NCBI GenBank assembly: GCA_012295275.1
Contig: CM022672.1
Coordinates: 28,458,001 to 28,522,000 of the forward strand
Length of the DNA stretch: 64,000 nucleotides
Source of the DNA: Chrysomallon squamiferum
Taxonomy: Eukaryota > Animalia > Mollusca
Direction: 5' to 3'
A program made the position numbers and the translations under genes. The notes beneath the pieces were generated by a model. That model worked only from the letters and a program-made list of their open reading frames with translations. It searched no databases and was not told where the DNA came from. Numbering within the stretch: the stretch's first letter is position 1; each line of letters begins with the position of its first letter. Shown piece after piece: positions 41,301-52,520 of the stretch.

Positions 41301-44300
41301 CTGGTAATACAGTATTCCAGTTTTGGTTAAATGATGTCATCACATTGGTTAAATAGAGTATCAACAGAATAAAGTCACTAATATTCAACAGTCTCAGTGT
41401 GTTGTACAGCATTGTTAATACAACAACCTCAATAAAACATTCATTGAAATGTTAACAGTTTATTGCACTGTGTGGTTAATATAGCATCTATGTAACACAG
41501 TCATCAGTTTCATTAAAATGTGTATTGCACAATATTGTTAATATAGCATCTATGTAACATAGTCATCAGTTTCATTAAAATGTGAACTGTGTATTGCACT
41601 GTGTGGTTAATGTAACAGTCTCAGTAATATAGTCGTCAGTTTCATTAAAATGTGTATTGCACTGTGTGGTTAATGTAACAGTCTCAGTAATATAGTTGTC
41701 AGTTTCATTAAAATGTGTATAGCACTGTGTGGTTAATATAGCATCTATGTAACATAGTCATCAGTTTCATTAAAATGTGAACTTTGTATTGCACTGTGTG
41801 ATTATGGTAACAGTCTCAGTAATATAGTCATCAGTTTCATTAAAATGTGAACTGTGTATTGCACTGTGTGGTTAATGTAACAGTCTCAGTAATATAGTCA
41901 TCAGTTTCATTAAAATGTGTATTGCACTGTGTGGTTAATGTAACAGTCTCAGTAATACAGTCATCAGTTTCATTAAAATGTGAACTGTGTGGTTATGGTA
42001 ACAGTCTCAGTAATACAGTCATCAGTTTCATTAAAATGTGAACTGTGTATTGCACTGTGTGGTTAATGTAACAGTCTCAGTAATATAGTCATCAGTTTCA
42101 TTAAAATGTGTATTGCACTGTGTGGTTAATGTAACAGTCTCAGTAATACAGTCATCAGTTTCATTAAAATGTGAACTGTGTATTGCACTGTGTGGTTAAT
42201 GTAACAGTCTCAGTAATATAGTCATCAGTTTCATTAAAATGTGAACTGTGTATTGCACTGTGTGGTTAATGTAACAGTCTCAGTAATACAGTCATCAGTT
42301 TCATTAAAATGTGAACTGTGTATTGCACTGTGTGGTTAATGTAACAGTCTCAGTAATACAGTCATCAGTTTCATTAAAATGTGAACTGTGTATTGCACTG
42401 TGTGGTTTAATGTAATAACAGTTTCATTAAAATGTGAACTGTGTATTCAATGTAACATAATACAGTCATCAGTTTCATTAAAATGTGAACTGTGTATTGC
42501 ACTGTGTGGTTAATGTAACAGTCTCAGTAATACAGTCATCAGTTTCATTAAAATGTGAACTGTGTATTGCACTGTGTGGTTAATGTAACAGTCTCAGTAA
42601 TACAGTCATCAGTTTCATTCTCTTTCAGTATTTGAGATTATTAACAACTGGACTCTCATCAAGATATTATCATATTCTCAGTACTAAATGCTAGGAAAGA
42701 TAATATTAAACAATGGAGAAATCTTCCACAATATTATAAACTAAGTAACGTGAGAAATATACCAAATTATATTAAGCTATGTTTTATATGTTATAAAGAT
42801 TTTACTATGAACATACTGACTAAATTTTAATTTCTTACGTGAAAAACATATGGTAATCCAGGTTTAAAGTATCTAGAAGAACGTGTGAACTTGAAAACAA
42901 AAGCTGTTGTAGCAAAAACTACTGACTGGTCAACTGTATGCTCAATTTTCCCAGAAGCCTCCTCTGTGACAGCTGCTTCCAAGAAGAGACGTCCTCCATT
43001 TGGAAACCAAACACTTTCAATGGGAAGCTTCAGCTCCTCTGTTCTCACTTTGAAAACGGCTTCACCTGAATCTTTTAACTATAAAAATAAAAGACCTTTA
43101 TAATATCTGTCATTAATTAAATAACTCTTTCCCATCCACAGCTTTCAAGAATCACAGAAATTATCATCACAGTTATGAAAAAAAACAACCAGCGAAACGG
43201 TTGAGCTGTGTTTTGATTTTGATTTTGATTTACAGCTGAAAACTGCTACTAAATAACAAATTTGGAACTCTGAAGATTTCTTTTGACCATAATTTTACAT
43301 TCAAGTATATTACACATGCAGTAAATTGTTCCAGAAACTTTATCATGACTTTTATTTCATAAGGATTTTAAGCCTATAAAATATTAATATAACTAACATA
43401 CAGATACACATAAAAACACACACACACAAACAGATAAAGTAGCACATATATACATATTTGTTTCACAGTAATAAGTTGACAATATTTAACAAGCAGCATC
43501 ATTTTATATTTTCGGTGCTACCTGTATACTTCGCTGTTTTCCTATTGTGAAAAGATGCCCATGCCACACTAGTCCATATGTCACAGTTATGTGCCCTTTG
43601 ACTGGCTTTCCATAAACATATCTGAAAAGAGATTCATTAAAACAACTATTTATGCTTTTCATGGATATGAGATGGAGAAAGAAAGGCTCTTTTTAAATAA
43701 GTAATTTAGTTTATATACTGATTTAAATTGCTTCATTATCAAAGTAAATATAAACCAAAAAAATATATATATATAGGAAATAAGTAAAAGAAGTAAGAAA
43801 GAAAACAAATAAAAACATAAAAAAGGAAGTATGGAAAACAAAGGAAAAGGAAAAATGAACGAAAAATGAAAATAAATACTGTAATAAGAATTCATGAATT
43901 AAATTTTCTGATTTAATTTTGATAAAATCTTACTGAGCCTGAAGTGTTGCCTGAAACATGCTGACATTTGGTAATATGACCTTGTTCTCTTCAGGTATGT
44001 GAAACATCACTGTGAATGTTGGCAACACTGTAACAGAGTACATTTTATTACTAGATATTGTTTGATGATTACAACCCTCACAGTACTGACATGATAAAAT
44101 ATGCTTTTTAGTAAGTCTATCATTATTGTCATTTATTTTTTTATTTCTTCAAAATCAGCAAAGCATTATATTAAAATATATTTTAAAAACTTACCATATT
44201 CACGTACTTCAAATCTTACTTTAGCTGAGGTTTGCAACTAATTTAGAAAATATGAAAGAAACAAAAACATTAAAATACTACATCTAATACTTTTTATTAA

Positions 44301-47300
44301 TATATGTTAACTATAATTTCACTGAAACATACTTTGTATAATTTTTCTGTTTCTTTACTAAATTAATGCTCAAGAAGAAAAGAAAATTATTATTAACAAA
44401 TTGCACAAATTAATCTTAGTTAATCAGAAAGAGAGCAATGAACAAAATAAATAAATACTTTTTAATAACATATTTAAATATTAGTAACATCTGTCAGATT
44501 TTAAATACCTAGCATTTCTTTTTTTTTCTTTTCTTTTTTAAAATAATATAATTATAACAAACTTAAAAAACAAATCTGTTTTTACCAATCTGTAATTTAA
44601 CACTAGTAGAAAGAATTTAATTTGGAGTTTATTACAGACACTTACTATAAGACAGAGTTATATGCAAGAATGGGAAATATATCACAATGATCCACTGAAA
44701 GATCACTTGACTGAAACCTTTAAATGATTTCTTTACAAAAATGTAGGATAGAAAATTTATAACAATTTTAACAGTAGAAATAATAGTTAAAGAGTAATTG
44801 TTGTACCCCATTGGTGTATTTAGCAGAGACTGTCCAGTTACCAAATACTGGTTCTTTAGGAATCTTTAACTTCTCCTGCAGAAATAAGCCTTGTCCATCG
44901 TTTTCTGAGTGACTCACAGTGACACCATCTGGATTCTAAATTAGAAACAAACAAACAACACACAAACAAAATTATGAATATATAAATATATAAATAAATA
45001 AATTAAATTAAATTAAATTAAAAGAAATAAAATAAATGAAAATTTTAACTGAAATTTTGTTATTATTTATATTTATATTATCTGATCTGTACAGATATAA
45101 CAAAATTCTACATATTTTATCTTCTGAATGTTTCTTTAAAAATGTTTTAAAGCAGCACCATGACAGCTATATTAGTAAATTAATCCTATTTACATTTGTG
45201 AGCTACAGACATAGTATGAATATTAAGCTTTAGTAAATATCACAGCTCATGAAACAAGATACCTACTAATATATCAACCTGTACATGCCATTTGGCTGGG
45301 AAAAGGTCAGCATTAATTGGAATAACACGAATATTAACTGAAAAATAATAATTGATCAATATTTTAAATGTTAAAAGAGACTGGCAATAAAAAAAATAAA
45401 AATGTACCACAGAATGTATTTTGTATTAAGAAAAATATATTGAAGTGTAAAAATATTCTGAGAGATGATTTTCAAATAAAATAATTTATTTCCTTACCAA
45501 TATTTTATTTTCAAACATTTAAGAGTGTGTGTGTGTGTGTGTGTGTGTGACATTAGATACTTATGAATTTATTATCAAATTCATTAGCAACAGATGAGAA
45601 AGGTTACAAGTGTTCTTGAAATATTAGTTTATAGTGTATAATCAGTTTTATTCCATAAATTCCACAGCAAAAAATTAATAGACTTTTCATGCACAAACAT
45701 ACTGAAACTTTGGTAGTTAGAAATATTAAAATATTTTTATGTGATTGCTGTACTAACCAGTCTGTCCAGGTGTGTACAAAGGTTTGTCTGTCTGAATAAA
45801 AATAAAACCAGGACTGAGGTCAACCAAGATGGGAATTTCCTGCTCAAACGAGATGATTTCCTCTTTGGCTTGTGCAACAAGGAGTACATACTCAGTTTCT
45901 TTAATTCTTTCTGCCAAATCTTCAACACTGAGTCGAACAGTAACATTTGTGGTCACTCCTGACAATAAAATAATAAAAGACTCATATAAACTGAGAGAGA
46001 GAGAGAGAGATATGTATATTCATGCATGCATGCATACATACATAAATCTACATTTACATACCATAGACATTATTTAAAATTATTTAAAAATAAATTAAGT
46101 GATCATTTTTAATTTATATATTATTAAGCAAAATTTTAAAATGTTACAAATTTCATTTATATTTATATATAAAGAAGAAAGTTTATATGTATGTATGTTT
46201 ATGTGCATGTATAAATATACAGAGACCTACAGATATACATGCATACATACATAATTTTACCTGAGGTGACTGTAATAACATGTTGAAAATAGATCTGCTT
46301 CCTATCAGGGTAGGTCGTTAGTGATATTTCTACACTGATGTCTTCTTCAATTCCATACGTGGTTAGAGTAACAACTTCATCAGTATTAACACGTATGACA
46401 TTAGGCGCCACAACAAAATAGATATGACTGGAAAAAGTGAAAACTAAAATATTCATTTCAAGCATTTGTAAGTAAAGTATATATGAAATATCTCTAATCA
46501 TTATTAATAACAGATAATATCTAGAGTTATGATTGAATTTAACTGAATGTATTAATCTTTTTTAAATTTAGCGATTGATTTTCTTGTTTATAATAAAGAA
46601 TAAACAGGTTTTATTTTTTTTAAAGTTAACAAAATAATATCTAAAAAATAATAATAATAATTCTCCATTAAAAATAAAACAAAAAGAAAGAAAGAAAGGA
46701 AAATTGTAAGAATGTTTTTCGTCCAAAATATAGGGCAAATTTTTTCTCAAAATGCTTTAAAAAACCTTTATTGGCAAAGTTATACAGCATTTATTTTAAT
46801 GATAAATTCTGTGGGTTCTAATAGCTAATAAAAATATATACATTTAAAGAAAATGAAAGAAAAAAGAGAAAAGGATACAAAATAGCATTTAGTTTATATT
46901 TTGGATATACATGTGTATGTATAACAAACAGTATCTAGTAAAATTGTTTTTAATTTTATTTATTTGCCCACACTTCATCTTGACATTATCTTAATGAAGG
47001 GCTAATTTAATAAACAAAACTTTAACTAAAACCACCTCCTCTTTTGATATTAACTATTTTGGCTGTTCAAAAGCACTGTTAAAATTGTTCTTGATAAGAA
47101 TTTTAAATCATAATGCAGATTAATTTTATCAGAGAAAAATCAAACAAATGTTATATTTAAAACGTTTTTAATGATTTTATACACTTTAATATTACCAAAT
47201 TTAAAAATAAATAAATAAATAAGTATGCAGAAAATTAAATATGGATTTTAAGAAAGTGAATGGAAATACATGGAACTACTGAAAGATCAATAGCACTTAA

Positions 47301-47652
47301 TGTAACCATGATTTGGAAGGGCTGTGTCCAAATCTTTTCAAATTGATTTAAATAAATAAATAAATAAAACAAAAGGTGACTTTTCTAGATGCGTATATTA
47401 CGTTTTATCATCTTATTTAAAACATGGAGTTATACATATTCCCTTATTTTCCACCAAATGACGATGATGGTGGAATTATATTTGTAGATAACGTTAAACC
47501 ATTTATTTAATTATGTTAAAATAAATAATTTATTTTGTTACTAAAATAGCTTTTAAATTTAGAAAATAAGCGATTAATTACACTTACCTGGCATAGGTGG
47601 ATCTGACAGCAGTTACTAACACTGCAGAGATTATGAGAATATATTTCATCAT
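22248..47652 (-). CDS. C3: Complement component C3 (thioester protein), complete, 39 coding exons, about 1805 aa
   Basis: Exons: 47652-47588, 46427-46261, 45958-45758, 45337-45267, 44935-44807, 44237-44195, 44027-43934, 43621-43522, 43078-42839, 41235-41038, 40757-40641, 40360-40268, 40102-39902, 39553-39392, 38939-38865, 38562-38448, 38136-37954, 37391-37253, 36937-36709, 33347-33138, 32823-32721, 32103-32002, 30900-30712, 29857-29782, 29462-29306, 29024-28950, 28640-28460, 28078-27867, 27478-27317, 26940-26768, 26225-25965, 25230-25143, 24846-24778, 24448-24343, 23976-23881, 23544-23461, 23106-23020, 22827-22683, 22467-22248. They total 5418 nt and are phase-consistent. Hallmarks: signal peptide, FIQTDKPLYTPGQ, RKR junction, 6-Cys anaphylatoxin domain, RSNFPESW, thioester GCGEQ (30818-30832), catalytic His in VVHKEM (29318-29320), VQVYDYYNP and a C345C domain. 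The anaphylatoxin and C345C domains distinguish C3 from A2M and CD109. Confidence 0.96.
31095..31756. mobile_element. 662-bp MITE with long imperfect TIRs and 4-bp TSD CTAT (Sola2-like termini GGG...CCC)
   Basis: Left end ctat|gggtcattctgtgtcaaatcaccc; right end gggtgatttgacacggaatgaccc|ctat. The inner inverted arms tttaaacccgaccgtctcagatttttat.aaacttggtatacttgttga are nearly perfect. Confidence 0.85.
32145..32550. repeat. Degenerate AT-rich tandem repeat (ttactatttcaac/actactaatataac units)
   Basis: The motif recurs by eye in C3 intron 21. Confidence 0.6.
33510..36501 (-). mobile_element. About 3-kb decayed hAT-like DNA transposon in C3 intron 19
   Basis: Rough TIRs agggttcataaaccttttggaa and (rc) cagagttcgcacaggttttggaa, with subterminal ttccat repeats. 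Minus-strand remnants LLQISVVGPNVNNKF and GQATVEHGFVINKNVMVVN resemble recalled transposase motifs SMDGPNVN and GQASVERGFSINK. Many stops. Confidence 0.65.
41455..42618. repeat. Minisatellite with a 70-bp unit and a 61-bp deletion variant, about 17 copies, in C3 intron 9
   Basis: The unit tattgcactgtgtggttaatgtaacagtctcagtaatacagtcatcagtttcattaaaatgtgaactgtg repeats head-to-tail with no unique spacers. Confidence 0.93.
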
Positions 47653-48032
47653 TTCATTCTGTATGAAGAACTATTTGGTGTTTTCAAGTCGCTGTTGTAC
47701 TGATCCCGTGTTCTCAGATTTCCTGTTTCTAATCTCTTCGCACCAGACGTGTTTGATAACGCTGGTCTGTTTGTCTCATGTATCAAACATGTGATACATA
47801 AATAAACATTTTCAAAACAAGTGCAAACAAGAATACAGAATCGAAATTACTTCTTGACGGACAAAAGTAATATTTTAGAAATAAAATATTTATTAATGTA
47901 AAAATATTAAACGCGACCACGATATATATATAATAACAGCTGTTAATGTCCATAACCGTTACTTGTACTGATGTGATAGAAGAAAAGAAACGCGATCACT
48001 TACCAGAACTAGCTACTCGCTGCAACAAGCAA

Positions 48033-48034
<2 letters not shown>

Positions 48035-48063
<29 letters not shown>
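48035..48063. repeat. (GT)n microsatellite upstream of C3
   Basis: Direct reading. Confidence 0.9.
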
Positions 48064-48067
<4 letters not shown>

Positions 48068-48479
48068 CCTATTAGACAGGATAGGACACGCATAAATAAT
48101 TGATAGTTCTGGAGCGAAGTCGATAACGGTATATATTTGCCTGCATTCATAACTGAAATTAATTGAAATTTTGCCTATTCGTAATTCTTAAAGCATAACC
48201 TTATTCAAATTAGAATCACACATATAACATTTCTTTGAAGACTTGAAACATTTAAAATTTGGTAAAAAAAAAAAACATTCACTACAAGTTTACTTCTTTC
48301 TAGTATAAAAAAGGAGAATACAAGTAACCGAGCACCATGAAGAACATTAATAATATTCTTATCAACTCCAAGAAGGCATAAACGCAATAACATAATGTTA
48401 ACAGACTCAGTTTGTAAACTATAAAACAAATTATTAAAAAAAAAAAATTCAGGCGGAACTGCAGCAATAATATCGGAAA

Positions 48480-49960
48480 CATGTACCTTCCTTATTTGTT
48501 ATTTTGTTTTAGTAGAGGTTTTCACAAAGGACTTGTTTTAAATCCTTTCTTTTACAACAGCCATGAACAAGTGGATGTGTGTGCACCGCCTGTAGGAGAA
48601 TTGCCAAACTCCCTGGACTGACTTCAGAGAATGAAGTTCGTTTATGACTGCACCAGTCATCTTGCGAAAAAATATATCGTTGAATTCTATTTTTTAAATT
48701 TATTATTGTAAGTAACTCCAACTTTGACACGAGGCAAATCTAAAGCAGACTTGGCAAGAAACTCTTACTTTTCATTGACCAGATGCCAACACGGTTGGGT
48801 ATTCAACCTAAAAAAACAAAAAACAAAAAACAACAAACAAATTTTATTAGTATTAGATAATTTAAAATAATAATAATAATAAACGATTCTTATTATCATC
48901 CCAGTTAAGGGATGGTCCAGCTTCATAGTATGTAAAGCTTGGAGACTCGAAAGTGAGTTGGTAAAAATAATAAATTTGGATGCACTAGAAGCCTTTATTT
49001 GTTCCAAACTTCAGCACTTAAGATCGATGCCGAGTCAGTCAGTGTCATGGAAAGTATTGCGTCTGATGAAAAAACTGTGGCACATGTCAATGGATTCTCA
49101 TCCCGTGATATATTTGTTTAAACAGATATATAATCATGCTGCTTGTCTTGAATTTAATGCGCAGGATCAAACACAATTTGAGGTGGTGCAATACAGTAAG
49201 GTAGTAAAACAAAATGTGAAGGATTCCAAAGTGTCGGTTAAATCAGTGTTGGGAAGTGACAAAAACACTTAATGCAAAGGCCAAATGTACAAATAGCATT
49301 TGGTCATGCATTAAACCTCATATACTTATTGTCAAACACTGTATTATGTACAGCATGTGTTGGTAAAGATTTAATCTTTGTAGCATATTGCAGAAAAAGC
49401 TTGGCCTGTATAGCACCCAAGCAAGGTTTGTGCATGAACGTACAAGCTCTGCAGATGTTCTAAATGCACCAAGACAATGCCGAAGTCCCAAGTTGTGTTA
49501 AGGATTTATTATCTACTAGTAGAATTTGATTGCTGACCCATACACAATGCATCTATAATGAAGTTTGGACTTCTACATATCTATACAGACAGAACGTAAG
49601 CTTTTGGCCTGCTCCCCATTCCATATTAACAATAACTTTTAAAATACTGAGAGCTTTCAACCCTTCTTTTAACATATTTAAGATGGGGCACAAAAGATAG
49701 CTTTCTTTCCTATATAATCCAGAGTAATAATATAGTCTCCTCCACAACTGGAACTGAATTTTTGTTCAAAAATAACTGTGGATCTAAATGGCAAATATAT
49801 ATACAAATTGTTTTTGCCTTTGAGAATTGAAAGCCTTTGTCAGTTGAAGTTTATTCAAACAAAGCTGCAACTTATATTTAATGATCCTCACCTTGGAAGA
49901 TCAACAGCAGTTCTGAAAATCATCAACATATAACAAGCAATCCACACCAGGTGAAGCTGT
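48480..49960 (-). mobile_element. Decayed I-group LINE (RT plus RNase H), 5'-truncated
   Basis: Minus-strand remnants in order: CLLYVDDFQ (RT catalytic motif, about 49915-49950), GLRHCLGAFRTS, EQIKASSASKFIIFTNSLSSLQAL (RNase H), WIPNRVGI and NELHSLKSVQGVWQFSYRRC. Confidence 0.8.
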
Positions 49961-51521
49961 TAATTCTAACAGAAAATAAAATTAAAGAATGCAAATTCGA
50001 GAGAAATTCGACGCTATAAAAATGGCGGATCTAGACATCGGTTACTTGATTCTTTTTCATCTTTTTTACAAAAATAAAAAAATTGTGTTATGTTGATGTT
50101 AAGCCATTCTGAAAACAGGAAAGAATGTACTGATTAAAAAGCTATGAGAATTACGTACATTTTAATTGTATTTTTGTTCCCCGATCATATTTACTGTTGA
50201 CTAGATAAAGTGAAAAATGCAAAATTTATTTTCCTTTTTTACTTCTTCAATACTTCTTCTAGATATATTCGTGATTATTTTGAAACCACAAACACCTTCA
50301 AGAAAATTCAGTTTTTTATGTATGACCTGGTCTTACTGATACAAAAACTTTACGGCAGATTACAGCTTTTCGCTAACTGATATAATAAGTATTATAAAAA
50401 TTCATAGAAAAATAACTAAGCAAGACAGGAAAATTCTGTTGTTGTATTTTCTTGTTATTTATAAAGAGAAAGTTAAAGAAAAAAGTAATTAAAGATCTGT
50501 CCAGAATACAAAGTATAATCAAATGTTAATTGTTCAATCCATTGAAAGAAATTCCAAGTTGGGTTTTCAAAGTTCAGGAATAATTTTGTACTGTCAATAT
50601 ATTTTCGTTTGACGAAGCTCCTTTCGATTTCTTGTCACTGTAATGGTTTTCCGTTTGATGAAGTTCCGTTCTACGACTTTTCGTCATTCTATAACGATTT
50701 TCCGTATGACGACTGTTTCAATGATGTTGATAGGGTTGTGAGAAAAAGGCGTATTCTTCCCCCATGAGCATTAAAAACGTTGTTTTAAAATAAGTAAAGA
50801 ATTAACTGACAGCTTGTTTACTATAATAAATTTACGTAACTGGACTAAACCACACTTTGAAAGGTCAAAGGTTATTGATAAAAAAAAAAGCTAGTTCTTA
50901 TAAAAATATAATCTTATTTTCAAAGATTGGTATCTAACTGATATTCTGATTAGTATCTGCAGTAACAAAGAATTAAAACAAGTTGTTTACGCACTAATTA
51001 AACATAGTTCCGTTTCAGTATTAATATTCATAATTAATTAATGGCAACGTTTAACAACATTTCTTATTTTGGCATGAAAAAGTGCAATCATATATGCCTT
51101 GAGTCAGTTACAAACAATGGTATGACAGCAACATAATTACCAACAAATAAAACATTATCCACGACAAATAGATTCGGTTGGAGTAAGCAAATATTTGTGT
51201 CACTGCTGATATCTTAATCTAATAGCTCACTGTCACTATATTCAGTCTCTCTCATGCGATACTGAAACTGTAAATGACTTTGGTAAGTAGAAATGGGTGA
51301 CAGCTATACACGGACCAAATGTGTATCTTCACACTTACTGTAAATATTGAACAAACGTTATTATTAATCTTTCATTTGTTTATTTCTTGTTTATTTGCTG
51401 TTGTTTTATTCTGTGTTTTTTTTAATTTTATTTTTATATATATATATGATGTTATTATTATTATTATTATTATTTTAATATTCTTCTTTATCAGTTTGCT
51501 TGACATAGTGTGGGTGAAACA

Positions 51522-52520
51522 TTAACAGCAAGTTGAATTCCATATGCAAACAAAAATAATGCAAAATACTATTACGGGGCCCACACCGTTAAACATGTTG
51601 AAAGTTTTATCAAGGCTCATTCGAGGCTGACAATGTGCCTTTATGGCCGCATGACAAGGAATTAAAAAACTAAATTGACAGCAGTCTATAGACAAATAAA
51701 CACAATACAAGTTCAGGTATATTAATTATTTAATTATGATGCAAATGATAATAATACACGATACAACAATCTATAAAAACATACATTTTAAGTATATTTT
51801 TTATAATGGCAGTGTATAAAAATACAATATGGGGAACCAATATAGAAATAAGAATCTGCTCGGAGAGCAGATTAAACAAATTAAAATGTATCTGTATGAA
51901 ATGTTACTGACATAGGTTAATTATACACTACACCAGTACATGCTACCAAACTGGCACTGGCTTACCATGCTGTTTGATAAAGAAAATGCCATTCACAAAC
52001 ATTCGTTCCCAGCCTGACCACTGGGTATTACTTGTGGCTCTCATGCTGGCTTTTTTGTAAAGTTCTACGAAATGCCAACCTTTCTGTCGTGTCAGAAAAC
52101 TAATTACATAAATCGGTTACATAATCTGAATTAAAAAAAATCGACATTAACGACACTGAATTATAAACATCATAGAATTCCGTGACAGTTACATAAAAAT
52201 AAACAAGAGGAGAGATTAAGCATAGAGGTTGATTGTACCTGTCTTTTGCGGCCTCCGAGATTAGCGTTCACGTGTGTACGGTCTTTTCCGAATGCCTCTG
52301 ATCAGCGGACGGGGATAGCAGTTTTATTATTCCACTGCTAAAGTGGAAGTCATACCGTTTTGAATTTAGTTTCTCGAAACCAAATAAAATGTTCTTGTAC
52401 TGCAGCTTTATACGGCATGTATAAAGAGCATTGCATCCAGTGAGTTGTTTTCGTCGAATCACAAGAACCAGCTAACTCCAGTATCGAAGCGCTTGTCCGC
52501 TAGCCGTTCGAGTTCAACCA
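51522..52520 (-). other. Possible small 3-exon transcript (lncRNA or 80-aa Cys-rich micropeptide)
   Basis: Donor at 52238, an exon at 52125-51966 (polyT-ttcag acceptor, GTAAG donor) and an acceptor before 51685. The spliced ORF 52044-51966 plus 51685-51522 stays in frame. No homology was recognised. Confidence 0.3.

Noticed and set aside
41455-42618. Regular repeat array resembling a CRISPR locus
   Set aside because: The units are contiguous with no unique spacers, there are no cas genes, and it lies in a eukaryotic intron. It is a minisatellite.
22248-47652. Alternative call as alpha-2-macroglobulin, CD109 or insect-type TEP
   Set aside because: The 6-Cys anaphylatoxin domain, C345C domain and catalytic His identify the C3/C4/C5 subfamily.
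47660-48000. NF-kB sites or TATA box in the C3 promoter
   Set aside because: Only weak partial matches were found, which is expected by chance in AT-rich DNA.
52240-52520. Possible structured ncRNA (7SK, SRP, RNase P/MRP or snRNA) in the CpG-rich block
   Set aside because: I saw none of the diagnostic conserved motifs. An Infernal/Rfam scan would be needed.
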